NCBI GenBank assembly: GCA_028704885.1 | Contig: JAQWEN010000001.1 | Coordinates: forward strand, 286,679 to 350,678 | Source of the DNA: Candidatus Shapirobacteria bacterium | Lineage (GTDB): Bacteria; Patescibacteriota; Microgenomatia; UBA12405 | Length of the DNA: 64,000 nt | Direction of reading: 5' to 3' | Part shown: positions 10,207-20,008 of the stretch, in pieces | Layout of the letters: each line of letters begins with the position of its first letter | How positions within the stretch are numbered: the stretch's first letter is position 1 | Translations under genes and position numbers: made by a program | The notes under the pieces: model-generated | What the model was told of the DNA's origin: nothing | Database searches by the model: none | What the model saw: only the letters and a program-made list of their open reading frames with translations

Positions 10207-10881
10207 ATGAAAAATAAGATAAAAGAAATGAAGGGTTTTACCCTTGTGGAGCTTTTAATCGTTATCGCTTTGATTGCGATTTTGTCAGTGGCAGTATTGG
10301 CGACTATTAATCCAATTGAACAGTCAAACAAAGCAAGAGATGCTAAGTTTAGAAATGATACAGCCGAAGTTTTAAGTGCTTACGAAAGATACTATGCTTC
10401 ACAAAATAAATACCCATGGAGTTATCCAAGTTTGGCTCATCCAACAGAAGTAGTTCTGGATGGAACTAGCGGAATTTCCTTTTTGGCGACTGATTGGAGA
10501 TTTGGAGTGATTGATGCCGCTGATACTAATGGTGGTCAATTGATTACAACTTCAGAATTAAAGAGTGCTTTTACTGGTAAAGACTTTTTTAAGGATATTG
10601 CTGCAGCTGAACTAAATGGTGTTGATGCTGTTTATGCATTTCATTCTGGTGATAATAATTATGTTTGTTATTGTCCAAAAGCTAATGCTAATAGGACTGG
10701 TACAGTCGGTACTACTCTAAAGTGTTTAAATGCCGTAACGGATGATGGAAGTGCGGTGTTAAGTGATATTGGTACTGGTACTTGTGCTGTTCCAGCTGAT
10801 CCTAAAGCTACAGATTATTGTACGATTGGCGCATCGGCTGCTAATTTGATGTGTGTACCTGAAGGGAATGTCGCTCTTTAA
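10207..10881 (+). CDS. Type IV pilin, probable major pilin
   Basis: KGFTLVELLIV prepilin motif; own promoter and terminator; 6 Cys in C-terminal half. Confidence 0.85.
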   Translation: MKNKIKEMKGFTLVELLIVIALIAILSVAVLATINPIEQSNKARDAKFRNDTAEVLSAYERYYASQNKYPWSYPSLAHPTEVVLDGTSGISFLATDWRFGVIDAADTNGGQLITTSELKSAFTGKDFFKDIAAAELNGVDAVYAFHSGDNNYVCYCPKANANRTGTVGTTLKCLNAVTDDGSAVLSDIGTGTCAVPADPKATDYCTIGASAANLMCVPEGNVAL

Positions 10882-10902
10882 TTGATTGTTTTTTAAAAGA
10901 AT

Positions 10903-10930
10903 AAAACCCCGCTTAACGGCGGGGTTTTTT
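10903..10930 (+). terminator. Rho-independent terminator
   Basis: aaaaccccgc-ttaacg-gcggggtttttt. Confidence 0.9.
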
Positions 10931-10940
10931 GTTGGTCGAA

Positions 10941-10980
10941 ACCCACCCCTTAATCCCCTCCCTTGAAGAAAGGAGGGGAA
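10941..10980. repeat. REP-like palindromic element
   Basis: acccacccctTaatcccctcccttgaagaaaggagggga; cccctcc/ggagggg arms. Confidence 0.55.
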
Positions 10981-10995
10981 AAAGTAAAATGAGAT

Positions 10996-11796
10996 ATGGA
11001 AATTTTATTAGGGATAATTGTTTTTATTTTGGGATTGTGTTTTGGAAGTTTTATAAACATGTTGGTATATCGGACAGCGGAAAGATATAAATTAATTAAT
11101 AATGAAAAATTAATAATTAGTGATAAAGGCAGATCATTTTGTGATTATTGCGGTAAACAATTAAAATGGTATGAAAATATTCCAGTGTTTTCTTGGCTAT
11201 TTTTAAAGGGTAAAACAAAATGTTGTCATAAAAAATTACCAGTCTCCTACCCTGTTGTCGAGTTAACAACTGGATTATTATTTTTAATTTTTAATTCGAA
11301 ATTTGAAATTTTTAATCAAATCCAAATTTTTAATTTTCAATTTTTAATTGGATTATTAATAATAGTTTTATTGGTATTTAGTACAGCGTTTGATTGGAAA
11401 TACATGATTTTACCTGATTTTTCGACAATTATATTAGTCTCTGGTGCTCTAGTTCTCTGGTTCTCTGGACATTTTGGTGAATGGAATTATTTTTTGTCGG
11501 GATTAATATCAGCTGGGTTTTTGTTGGTTTTAAATTTAATTACTAAAGGTAAGGGTATGGGAATGGGAGATGTTAAATTGGCTGTTTTTATGGGGTTATT
11601 ATTGGGATTTCCTAATATAATTTTGGCTTTTTATGTGGCTTTTATTGTTGGGGCAATTTATGGAATAGGATTAATGATTTTTAAAAAAGCAAACAAAAAG
11701 AAACAGGTTCCATTTGGTCCTTTTTTAATACTAGGAACATTAACGGCTTGGTGGTTTGGAGAAAAGATTGTAGAATTAATAAAATTAAGGTTATGA
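10996..11796 (+). CDS. pilD: Prepilin peptidase
   Basis: GSFIN, RSFCDYC, WYENIPVFSW, GMGDVKL, PFGPFL. Confidence 0.95.
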   Translation: MEILLGIIVFILGLCFGSFINMLVYRTAERYKLINNEKLIISDKGRSFCDYCGKQLKWYENIPVFSWLFLKGKTKCCHKKLPVSYPVVELTTGLLFLIFNSKFEIFNQIQIFNFQFLIGLLIIVLLVFSTAFDWKYMILPDFSTIILVSGALVLWFSGHFGEWNYFLSGLISAGFLLVLNLITKGKGMGMGDVKLAVFMGLLLGFPNIILAFYVAFIVGAIYGIGLMIFKKANKKKQVPFGPFLILGTLTAWWFGEKIVELIKLRL

Positions 11797-12455
11797 AACA
11801 GAAAAATGGTTTTACTTTAGTGGAATTATTGATTGGAATAACAATTGTAGTAATATTGGCTATTATGATGATAGGTGCTTTTAATGCAGTTGGAATAACA
11901 AATAAAGCTAGAGATGCCAGGAGAAAAAAAGATTTAAACAGGATTAAAATTGCCCTTGAAGAATATTTTAATAATAGAGGTGAATTTCCCCAAGATGTTG
12001 CTACTTGGAATATAAAATCTAACTGTGGAAAAAATATTCCACAACTTCCAACTTTAAGTTCATTACCATGTGATCCAAAAGGTGAACCTTATTTCATATT
12101 AGTGGAAGTAAATAAATTTAGGATAATTACTGATCTGGAAAATAAAAAAGATAAAGATATTCCTGACGGTTGGTATTCAAGAAATGATTTTCAAATACCT
12201 CTATTTGGTCTAACAACAATGAATGTAAATTATGGAGTGTCGAGTACTAATATTTTGTGGTATGAGGATTATCTTGCTAATTATGGTGGTTGTAATACAA
12301 ACGATTGTCTAAGTAATGAAAGTGGAGTTTGTAATATGGCATCTGGTGGATGTAGTGGTAATAACTGTTATTATATGGATAACGATCCAAACAATAATTG
12401 TGATAAAAATGAAGCGAAATGTAAGGTTAGTTGTTGCGGCACTAGCTGCGATTAA
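11793..12455 (+). CDS. Pilin-like protein with Cys-rich C-terminal module
   Basis: Start MKQKNGFTLVELL (ATGA overlap with pilD); ARDARRKKDL; 10 Cys in last ~52 aa. Confidence 0.85.
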   Translation: MKQKNGFTLVELLIGITIVVILAIMMIGAFNAVGITNKARDARRKKDLNRIKIALEEYFNNRGEFPQDVATWNIKSNCGKNIPQLPTLSSLPCDPKGEPYFILVEVNKFRIITDLENKKDKDIPDGWYSRNDFQIPLFGLTTMNVNYGVSSTNILWYEDYLANYGGCNTNDCLSNESGVCNMASGGCSGNNCYYMDNDPNNNCDKNEAKCKVSCCGTSCD

Positions 12456-12460
12456 TAATT

Positions 12461-12901
12461 ATGAAAAAGAATTTTAATATTTTTGAATTTTTGATAGTAA
12501 TAATAGTTATTGGAATTTTGTCTTTAATAACTTATAAACAGTTTGCATTGGCCCAGGGAAAGTCTAGAGATTTACAAAGAAGGTCTGATTTACATGAATT
12601 TTCTAAAATAATAAAATTGTATTATTCTGATTACAAAAAGTTACCAGACGAAGAACTAATAAATAGTCTTTGGGGAAAAAGTTTTATAGATAGCGGATAT
12701 ACCTATGCTGATTCGGTACCAAAAGAAAAAAAAGGAGATAAAGAATATTGTTATCAAATTGGCGAAGATGGTGTTTCATTTAAGATGTCGGCTGAATTTG
12801 AAAATAAAAGTGATTTTGATTGTAAAAAAGATGGACAGTTGTGCAACGGAATTAAATATTGCTATACTGATATTATCTATGTTAATAAAACAACAGAATA
12901 A
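12461..12901 (+). CDS. Pilin-like protein, degenerate cleavage motif
   Basis: KKNFNIFEFLIV; SRDLQRRSDL..LYY GspG-like segment. Confidence 0.75.
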   Translation: MKKNFNIFEFLIVIIVIGILSLITYKQFALAQGKSRDLQRRSDLHEFSKIIKLYYSDYKKLPDEELINSLWGKSFIDSGYTYADSVPKEKKGDKEYCYQIGEDGVSFKMSAEFENKSDFDCKKDGQLCNGIKYCYTDIIYVNKTTE

Positions 12902-13292
12902 AAATATTTTGGGTTTTAGTTTGATTGAATTATTAGTGGTTATTTCGATTATTGGAGTTTTGTCGGCGGTGCTGGTGGCTAATTTTATGGGAATGAGAGA
13001 AAGGGCTAGAGATGCTCAAAAAATTCAGGATTTAGGGGCAATTAAAAATGCCTTGAGATTGTATTACAATGATAATCAATCGTATCCTGTAGATTTTAGA
13101 ACGATTGCTCCAACTTATATATCATCGATTCCAGATGCTGTTTATGTTTATAATCCGGATCCATTAACTTATGATAGTTTCACTTTAACTGTTCAACTGG
13201 AGGCTGGAGCTGGAGACGAAGATATAGAATCTCAGGCTAAGTGCAATACTGGAACCAATGATGACAAAATTTTTGCAGTTTGTGCAAATTAG
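12879..13292 (+). CDS. Pilin-like (GspG-type) protein
   Basis: LGFSLIELLVV; ARDAQKIQDL; start set at ATG 12879. Confidence 0.85.
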   Translation: MLIKQQNKNILGFSLIELLVVISIIGVLSAVLVANFMGMRERARDAQKIQDLGAIKNALRLYYNDNQSYPVDFRTIAPTYISSIPDAVYVYNPDPLTYDSFTLTVQLEAGAGDEDIESQAKCNTGTNDDKIFAVCAN

Positions 13293-13335
13293 TTAGTGCT
13301 TTAGAACGCTAGAGCGTTAGAACTTTAGATAAAAA

Positions 13336-13809
13336 ATGAATAAATTAAATATAAAAAAAGGATTTACATTAGTTGAACTTTTGGTGGTGATTTCGATTAT
13401 GGGAATTTTGACAGTGATTTCTTTATCTTCTTTTACAACTGCTCAAGTTAAAGCTCGTGATGCTCAAAGAAAATCAGACTTGGATCAGGTTTCGAAAGCT
13501 TTAATGTTGTATTACAGTGATACAGGAACTTTTCCTGCTTTGGCATCAAGCGATTTATTTGGTCAGGAGAATGGATTAAGTATAGGAGTTGACCCAAATA
13601 TTGTTTATTATATGAGAAAAACTCCACAAGATCCGAAATCTCCAACTATGGTTTATGAATATAAAACTGATGGTAAATCCTTTAATTTGTTTGCTAATTT
13701 AGAAAATACAAAAGATTCTCAATGCCCACAACCAGCTCCTTATACAGTTGGTGGAGTTAGTTATTGTTATGGAGTAGCTAGTCCAAATACTACTCTCAAA
13801 AGCTGGTAA
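13336..13809 (+). CDS. Pilin-like (GspG-type) protein
   Basis: KGFTLVELLVV; ARDAQRKSDL; PQDP. Confidence 0.88.
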   Translation: MNKLNIKKGFTLVELLVVISIMGILTVISLSSFTTAQVKARDAQRKSDLDQVSKALMLYYSDTGTFPALASSDLFGQENGLSIGVDPNIVYYMRKTPQDPKSPTMVYEYKTDGKSFNLFANLENTKDSQCPQPAPYTVGGVSYCYGVASPNTTLKSW

Positions 13810-13830
13810 TTTCTAATTATTAATAAAAAT

Positions 13831-14283
13831 ATGAAAAAAAATAAAAAAAATAAAGGATTCACACTTTTTGAACTTTTGGTTAGTATTTCAATTATTGGAA
13901 TTTTGACAGCTTTGGCGTCGGTGGCCTTTTCGGGAGCGCAAAAGAAAGCTAGAGATGCTAGAAGATTGGAAGATGTAAAAAATATTCAAACGGCAGCTGA
14001 ACAATATTATTCCCAAAGTCCAACATATAGTTATCCAGCTACTTATGTAGCAGGTAATACATGGACACCTGTTGCCGGTGGAACGGCTGTTTTAGAAAGT
14101 TATCCAAATGATCCTAAGGGTGCTGCTTATGGATCTTATGCTTGTGCTTCTGGTGCTACCTGTAATACAACAGGTTATTGTATTTGTGCTTTGATGGAAA
14201 ACTCAGCAAACGCTAATGCAACTGGTGCTTGTAATTTTTCTGTTGGTGTTAAAACTCATTTTTGTGTGAAAAATCAACAATAA
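13831..14283 (+). CDS. Pilin-like (GspG-type) protein
   Basis: KGFTLFELLV; ARDARRLEDV; PNDP; 6 Cys. Confidence 0.88.
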   Translation: MKKNKKNKGFTLFELLVSISIIGILTALASVAFSGAQKKARDARRLEDVKNIQTAAEQYYSQSPTYSYPATYVAGNTWTPVAGGTAVLESYPNDPKGAAYGSYACASGATCNTTGYCICALMENSANANATGACNFSVGVKTHFCVKNQQ

Positions 14284-14285
14284 AT

Positions 14286-14636
14286 ATGAAAAACAAAAAA
14301 AATGGTTTTACTTTAATAGAATTGATTGTTTCAATAACCATAATTGCAGTGTTAACAGTTGCCGGAGTAATTAGTTACAGTGGAGCTAGTAAAAAAGCTA
14401 GAGATAGTCGAAGAATGGCTGATTTGGAGAAGATAAGAATTGCTTTGGAGCTCTATAGACAAGGAACTGGGAGCTCTTATCCAGCAACAACAAGTGCTTT
14501 GGTCCCTAATTATTTACAAACCGTTCCAACCGGTCCTAAAGGAGAAGCTTATACGTATACTAATTCTGGTTATAAATATGTTTTAAAAACAACATTGGAA
14601 GAAACTGGAGTTGGTTATAGTATCACTAACCCATAA
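14286..14636 (+). CDS. Pilin-like (GspG-type) protein
   Basis: Start MKNKKNGFTLIELIV; ARDSRRMADL. Confidence 0.88.
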   Translation: MKNKKNGFTLIELIVSITIIAVLTVAGVISYSGASKKARDSRRMADLEKIRIALELYRQGTGSSYPATTSALVPNYLQTVPTGPKGEAYTYTNSGYKYVLKTTLEETGVGYSITNP

Positions 14637-14642
14637 TTAGAA

Positions 14643-15101
14643 ATGAAAAATAGAAATGCTTTTACTTTGATTGAATTGTTGGTGGCAATAACGATTGGAA
14701 TGTTAGTAGTTGGGTTTGGATCAGTAGCATTAAATGATTTTAATGAAAAACAAAAAGTGGAAGCTACTAGACAAGAATTATTGAGTAATTTGAGATTGGC
14801 TAGAAATTATGCCATAACCAATCAATTAGGTGGAGCCACAAAAATAGTTGTTTCGATTAGTCAGAGCGGAGTTATAAAAATAACAGATAATCTTTCTTTA
14901 AAAACTTTTTTAGATAAAGATATTTCACCAAACGGAATAATAATCACGGCTCCAACTATTTATTTTAGTGTTAGCGATGGTAGGTCTGTTACTAATGCCA
15001 CTCCTTTGGTAGGAGCAACAGTAGACATTAGTATCGCTACAAATGACAACAGCACTATTAAAAATATTAAAATTGATGAATCGGGATTAATATATGAATA
15101 A
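14643..15101 (+). CDS. Minor pilin, FimT/GspH-like
   Basis: NAFTLIELLV; LRLARNYAI; C-terminal IDESGLI. Confidence 0.8.
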   Translation: MKNRNAFTLIELLVAITIGMLVVGFGSVALNDFNEKQKVEATRQELLSNLRLARNYAITNQLGGATKIVVSISQSGVIKITDNLSLKTFLDKDISPNGIIITAPTIYFSVSDGRSVTNATPLVGATVDISIATNDNSTIKNIKIDESGLIYE

Positions 15102-15480
15102 TAAAAAAGGACAAAGTTTAATTGATGTGATTTTTTCAATGGGAATAGTAGTGTTGGTTTTAACTGGGATAATTGTTTTGGTAGTAAATACGGCTAAAGT
15201 TAAAAGATTAGCTTTTGAAAGACAAAAGGCTGTAGAATTGTCGCAATTATTGATCGAATATAAGATCTTAGAAAGTAAAAGTGATTCGTTTAGTTTTTGG
15301 AATGGAGGTAGTTATGGTATTAATAATAAGGATTTTGGCAGTGATTTTTCAGGTTATTCGTATACCATTAATCATGATAGTGGGTGTAATGATCAAAATT
15401 GTAAAATAACTTTTACAATAAATTGGGGTGATGGTCAAAGTTTATCAGTTGAAAGATTATTTTTGAGGAAAGGAATATGA
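15094..15480 (+). CDS. Minor pilin, PilV/GspI-like
   Basis: KKGQSLIDVIF; AVELSQLLIE; ITFTINW. Confidence 0.7.
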   Translation: MNNKKGQSLIDVIFSMGIVVLVLTGIIVLVVNTAKVKRLAFERQKAVELSQLLIEYKILESKSDSFSFWNGGSYGINNKDFGSDFSGYSYTINHDSGCNDQNCKITFTINWGDGQSLSVERLFLRKGI

Positions 15481-15980
15481 AAAAAGGATTTACTTTGATT
15501 GAAATTTTGATTGTGGTTGGAGTGGTGATGGTTATAATGGTTTCGATAAGTGGAATAATGTCGGGAGTTTTTACTTCTCAAAATAAAAATAAAAGCAGTG
15601 ATGCTGTAACTCAAAATGGCAGTTGGATTTTAAATGAATTAAAAAAGAATGTGTTAAATGCTGATAGTAATGGACAAAATTTTGTTTGTAATGGTAATTC
15701 TATTTTGATAACTAGTATTAAAGATAAAGAAACAACATTAATTAGTTGTGTTGAAAATAATAATATTGCTTCTTTTTCGGCAAAAAGAAATTCGACTATT
15801 AATCTTATTAATAATAATGAATTAAGATTGACTGGTTGTGGTAATTTTGTGAATTGTACTACTTTACCTAATGGACAGTTATCAAAAGTGACATTTAATT
15901 TTAGCTTGGGGGCTGGAGTGGCTGGTTTGACAAGTGAAACAAACAAAAACTTTTCAATTGATGTGACTTTAAGAAATTAG
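15477..15980 (+). CDS. Minor pilin, PilW/GspJ-like
   Basis: KKGFTLIEILIV; C-terminal VTLRN. Confidence 0.8.
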   Translation: MKKGFTLIEILIVVGVVMVIMVSISGIMSGVFTSQNKNKSSDAVTQNGSWILNELKKNVLNADSNGQNFVCNGNSILITSIKDKETTLISCVENNNIASFSAKRNSTINLINNNELRLTGCGNFVNCTTLPNGQLSKVTFNFSLGAGVAGLTSETNKNFSIDVTLRN

Positions 15981-16031
15981 AAATTAATAGTACCTTGAGT
16001 CTCGAGATAAAAGTCTATATACTTAATTCAT

Positions 16032-17057
16032 ATGAGTAGCGTTTTAGGTATTGATATTGGTCAAAATACGGTAAAGATTGCCTGTCTTTCCAATGATAAT
16101 TCTAAGGTTATATTGGAGGCAGTTGGCGAGAGTAGAACACCTAAATTTGAAGATAAAGAGATTGATAAGGATAAATTTTTGAATGAAGCTGGAAAAGTAA
16201 TTAAAAATTTGTTAAGTGATCTTAAAATAAAAAATAAACAGGCGGTGGTTAGTTTGCCTGAGGATGAAGTAATAAGTAGATTAGTAAGATTGCCACCTCT
16301 AAAAGATAGTGAAATTATGGATGCTCTTCGTTTTGAAGCTGAGACTTTTGTACCATTTCCATTAGAAGAAGTTTTAATAGATTACGAAATAATAGAAAAA
16401 GATGATTCTGGCAGATTGACTATTTTTGTAATTGCAGCAAAAAATGATTTGATAAATAGTTATCTTAAATTATTCAAATCAATTGGTTTGGAATTGTTAG
16501 CGTTGGAATCCCCTGCTATCTCATTAAGAAGGGTTTTGAAATTAGGAATGCCAATGGTGGAAAGAGTGGTGGTAGTTGATATGGGGGAAAAATATTCTGA
16601 TGTATTTAGTATAAATAAAAATAATGTTTATTTTGCTCGATCTTTATCAGTTGGTGGCGAATCTTTAACTAGAGCAATCTCTTTAAATTTAAGTTTAGAT
16701 ATGGCATCAGCGGAGGAGTATAAAAAAGCATATGGAATGAAAGGAGATGAACTTGAAGGAAAAATAAAAAATGCAATTATGCCGGTTTTTAATGATATAA
16801 GTGAAGAAATAAGAAAAACATTGGCTTTGTTTAACGAAGATATTGGTAAACCGGCGGAATTATTGGTTTTGAGTGGCGGCGGGGCTAATTTACCTGGTAT
16901 GGCTGAAGAATTAACAAAGATATTAGGAATTGAAGTGCAAGTATTGCAACCCTTCGTAAATATAGATACAACCAAAACCCAATTTGGCTATAATTTAAAT
17001 ACAGAAGGTTGTAAATTTTCTTTAGCAGTTGGTTTAGCTTTAAGAGGTCTAATATGA
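16032..17057 (+). CDS. pilM: Type IV pilus assembly protein PilM
   Basis: LGIDIG, VVDMG, AEEYKK, LSGGGANL, AVGLALR. Confidence 0.93.
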   Translation: MSSVLGIDIGQNTVKIACLSNDNSKVILEAVGESRTPKFEDKEIDKDKFLNEAGKVIKNLLSDLKIKNKQAVVSLPEDEVISRLVRLPPLKDSEIMDALRFEAETFVPFPLEEVLIDYEIIEKDDSGRLTIFVIAAKNDLINSYLKLFKSIGLELLALESPAISLRRVLKLGMPMVERVVVVDMGEKYSDVFSINKNNVYFARSLSVGGESLTRAISLNLSLDMASAEEYKKAYGMKGDELEGKIKNAIMPVFNDISEEIRKTLALFNEDIGKPAELLVLSGGGANLPGMAEELTKILGIEVQVLQPFVNIDTTKTQFGYNLNTEGCKFSLAVGLALRGLI

Positions 17058-17596
17058 AGGAAGGTTTAAATTTATTACCATCGGTAGCTAAGTTTCAAGC
17101 AGCTAGAATTAAACTCAAGAAAAAAATTAGCTTAATTACAGGTGTTTTTTTAGGTTGTTGGATTTTATCAATGGTAATTATTTTTGTTTGGTTAGGATTA
17201 AATAATCTTTTGTTGAATAAAGCAAAAAAAGAAAATACTTCAACATTAAATCAATATAAATCTTTGGTAAGCAGCGTGGTTCTTTCAAAAAAAAATAAAT
17301 ACCAAGCTAAATTGGTTGGTAAAGTTTTGAGTGAGAGATTTGAATATGGAGCTTCAATTAATAAAATAACAAATTTATTTTCTGGGAATATTTTTCTTGA
17401 AAATTTTGAAATAAAAAATAAAAAACAATTTATATTAAAATGTTTATTGGTTGATGGATCTAGTATGCTTGAAGTTGAAGAAAAAGTTAGAGATATTAAT
17501 TTAGGTATGTTTTCTGATTTTAAATCAGCTAAATTGAATTCAATAGATGTTGATAAAACTGGTTGGAAATTTGAAATGGAGGTTAATTTAATATGA
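17054..17596 (+). CDS. pilN: PilN-like alignment protein
   Basis: LNLLP N-terminal motif plus TM helix, follows pilM. Confidence 0.7.
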   Translation: MKEGLNLLPSVAKFQAARIKLKKKISLITGVFLGCWILSMVIIFVWLGLNNLLLNKAKKENTSTLNQYKSLVSSVVLSKKNKYQAKLVGKVLSERFEYGASINKITNLFSGNIFLENFEIKNKKQFILKCLLVDGSSMLEVEEKVRDINLGMFSDFKSAKLNSIDVDKTGWKFEMEVNLI

Positions 17597-18369
17597 AAAA
17601 AAATAAATTTTTTAGTTTAAATTTACCAGATAAGGTTTTTGGAATTGAGAAATCGTTATTAATGTTTTTTTTACCTCCACTTTGTTTAATAGTATTATTT
17701 TTTATTATTTTAAATTTGGTTTTAGTGCCAAAAATTAATGAAATTGGGGAAATAAAAAATAAAATTAACGAAGTTAAAGCTAATACTGATAAAATTAAGG
17801 CACAAAATAAATACTTAATGTCTATTGATCAAGAAGAATTAAAGAGAGATGCTGAGTATTTAGACAATGCAGTTTTGAAAGATAAAAAATCTTATTTGTT
17901 GGTGGAAATAATAAGAGGAGTGGCAGATGATTTTGGCTATCAGATTGAAAGTTTTTCTTTAACACCTGGGGAATTAAAAGAAGAAGAAGAAGAGAGCTCT
18001 ATTAAAATTTCTGCTTCTAATGATACGGTTAAAATGCCAATTAATTTAACAATGATTGGCCCAAAAGAAAAAACTTTAGAATTAATTTCCGCCTTAGAAA
18101 AAACGTTACCAATCTTATTTATTGATAAATTTGAAACTAAAAATTCAGGAGGATTAACTCAACTGAATTTAACTGTTTCTTCTTATTATGTTAATGATAA
18201 ATCTAATATTGAAACGGAAAATATAACACTAGATGACCTAATTTTATCTAAGGAAGAATCAGCCTTAATAACCAGAATAAGTAGCTTTAATAAGATAGAA
18301 AACAATCAAGTTGATACTGGAAACTCTGAGTTCAAGAAATATATTAGAGAAAATCCTTTTAGTCTTTAA
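17593..18369 (+). CDS. pilO: PilO-like alignment protein
   Basis: TM plus coiled coil; C-terminal RENPF; position after pilMN. Confidence 0.65.
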   Translation: MKKNKFFSLNLPDKVFGIEKSLLMFFLPPLCLIVLFFIILNLVLVPKINEIGEIKNKINEVKANTDKIKAQNKYLMSIDQEELKRDAEYLDNAVLKDKKSYLLVEIIRGVADDFGYQIESFSLTPGELKEEEEESSIKISASNDTVKMPINLTMIGPKEKTLELISALEKTLPILFIDKFETKNSGGLTQLNLTVSSYYVNDKSNIETENITLDDLILSKEESALITRISSFNKIENNQVDTGNSEFKKYIRENPFSL

Positions 18370-18598
18370 TCTTTAGTAAGAAGCGAGTGGTTGGATAAGA
18401 AAGGTTTAAAATAGTTCGAATTGATTTAATTATTTTTCCTTCTTTTCCAATAATTTTTCCAACAACTTCTGATGGAGCACTGATTTCAAAAGTTATTAAT
18501 GAATTTTCTTCAGAATCAGTGATAACAATATCTTTTGATTCAGTTTCTGGGACAATGGCTTTAACAATGTATTCAAGAGTATCTTTTATAGTATTCAT
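18359..18598 (-). CDS. khpA: KH domain RNA-binding protein (KhpA/YlqC)
   Basis: GKIIGKEGKIIKSIR; follows rpsP. Confidence 0.9.
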   Translation of the reverse strand: MNTIKDTLEYIVKAIVPETESKDIVITDSEENSLITFEISAPSEVVGKIIGKEGKIIKSIRTILNLSYPTTRFLLKIKD

Positions 18599-18601
18599 AT
18601 T

Positions 18602-18928
18602 TTATCCTTGAACTTCTTCAACTGGAATTTCTTCTGTTTTTACTTCTTCTTTAATTTCTTCAGTTTTTTCTTTTTTAACCTTTTGACTTACCTTTTTTGG
18701 ATATTTATCTGGGTTTAAAAGACGATCAACACCGAAAGTGACTTGAGCACCTTTTTTGATCCAATCAGCCATTTTTTGTTTATCAACTTCAATGGTTTTG
18801 GTTTGAGGAGTATAAAAACCTAAATCGTCAATAACTGGGCCGTTTAATTTACTGCGGTCTTCAGCAATGACAATTCGATAAGTGATTTGATGAGTTTTGC
18901 CACGAGGGGCAAGTTTAATTTTTAGCAT
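18602..18928 (-). CDS. rpsP: 30S ribosomal protein S16
   Basis: MLKIKL..G...YRIVIA...LGFY.P...WIKKGAQ. Confidence 0.95.
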   Translation of the reverse strand: MLKIKLAPRGKTHQITYRIVIAEDRSKLNGPVIDDLGFYTPQTKTIEVDKQKMADWIKKGAQVTFGVDRLLNPDKYPKKVSQKVKKEKTEEIKEEVKTEEIPVEEVQG

Positions 18929-18936
18929 ATGGTGGA

Positions 18937-19635
18937 TTATACAAGATTAGTAAAGATTTTGGTAGCTTTAATTGAAGCATCTTCTTCGGCCTTTTGTTTT
19001 GAGTTGCCACAACCGGTGGCAACTAATTCTTCTCCAACATAAACAGCTACTTCAAAGTTTTTTTGATGATCAGGACCAGATTCACTAACTGTCTGATATT
19101 TTGGAGTTATTCCCCTTTTTGATTGAGCAATTTCCTGAAAAAGGCTTTTTGGATCTTTGTAAATTTGTTTTGAGGATAGTTTAGAAATACTTTCGGTTAA
19201 AGTTTTGTCTAAAAACTTAAAAGCGGGAACAATTCCATCATCAAGATAGATTGATCCGAGAATGGCTTCGAAGGTATCAGCTAGAATTGATTGATTAGTT
19301 CGACCACCATGTCTTTCTTCACCTTTGGAAAGCATAATAAAATTACCAAGGTTAATATTAGAAGCTATTAATGATAAATTTTGAGTGCAAACTATTAATG
19401 AGCGAAGATTGGTTAAATCACCTTCATTAAATTGGGGAAATTGACGAAATAATTTATCTGAAATCCAAAATTCAAGGATAGAATCCCCTAAAAATTCATA
19501 AGTTTCATTTGATTGTAAATTTTCGTCACGATGTTCGTTTATGTAAGAACGATGAGTGAGAGCTTTAACTAATTTGTTTTCGTCTTTAAATGTGTAGTCA
19601 ATTTTGACCTGGAGATCCTTAAAGTTTTGATTCAT
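18937..19635 (-). CDS. rnc: Ribonuclease III
   Basis: ALTHRSY, NETYEFLGDS, ADTFEA, dsRBD with GPDH; start 19635 or 19650. Confidence 0.95.
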   Translation of the reverse strand: MNQNFKDLQVKIDYTFKDENKLVKALTHRSYINEHRDENLQSNETYEFLGDSILEFWISDKLFRQFPQFNEGDLTNLRSLIVCTQNLSLIASNINLGNFIMLSKGEERHGGRTNQSILADTFEAILGSIYLDDGIVPAFKFLDKTLTESISKLSSKQIYKDPKSLFQEIAQSKRGITPKYQTVSESGPDHQKNFEVAVYVGEELVATGCGNSKQKAEEDASIKATKIFTNLV

Positions 19636-20008
19636 TTTCTTGGTTAACATCTAAATTTGATTTTTTGATAGCACTGCCAATAACTCCATTAACAAAAGAA
19701 GAACTAGTTTCAGTACCATATTCTTTGGCGATTTCTATAGCCTCATCAATTACGACTTTTGGAGGATTCTTTTTAAGATAAAATAATTCCCAAAAAGTAT
19801 ATCTTAAGACACTGAGATCTATGTGGTTAATTTTATCTAATGGCCATTTGGGGGCATTTTCTTGAATAATTAGATCGATTTCAGGAACAACTTTGACAAT
19901 TTCGTCGAATTCTTCGGTTTTAGATTCAATCCCACCGCAACCCCAAGCAAATAATGCTTGAACGTTTTTGATTCTTTTTAAATGGCGAGGATCGAATTTA
20001 TTTTTCAC
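19619..20008 (-). CDS. nusB: Transcription antitermination factor NusB
   Basis: WPLDKI..IDLSVLR, PPKVVIDEAIEIAKEYG, FVNGV; likely GTG start at 20008 overlapping rpmF stop. Confidence 0.93.
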   Translation of the reverse strand: MKNKFDPRHLKRIKNVQALFAWGCGGIESKTEEFDEIVKVVPEIDLIIQENAPKWPLDKINHIDLSVLRYTFWELFYLKKNPPKVVIDEAIEIAKEYGTETSSSFVNGVIGSAIKKSNLDVNQENESKL

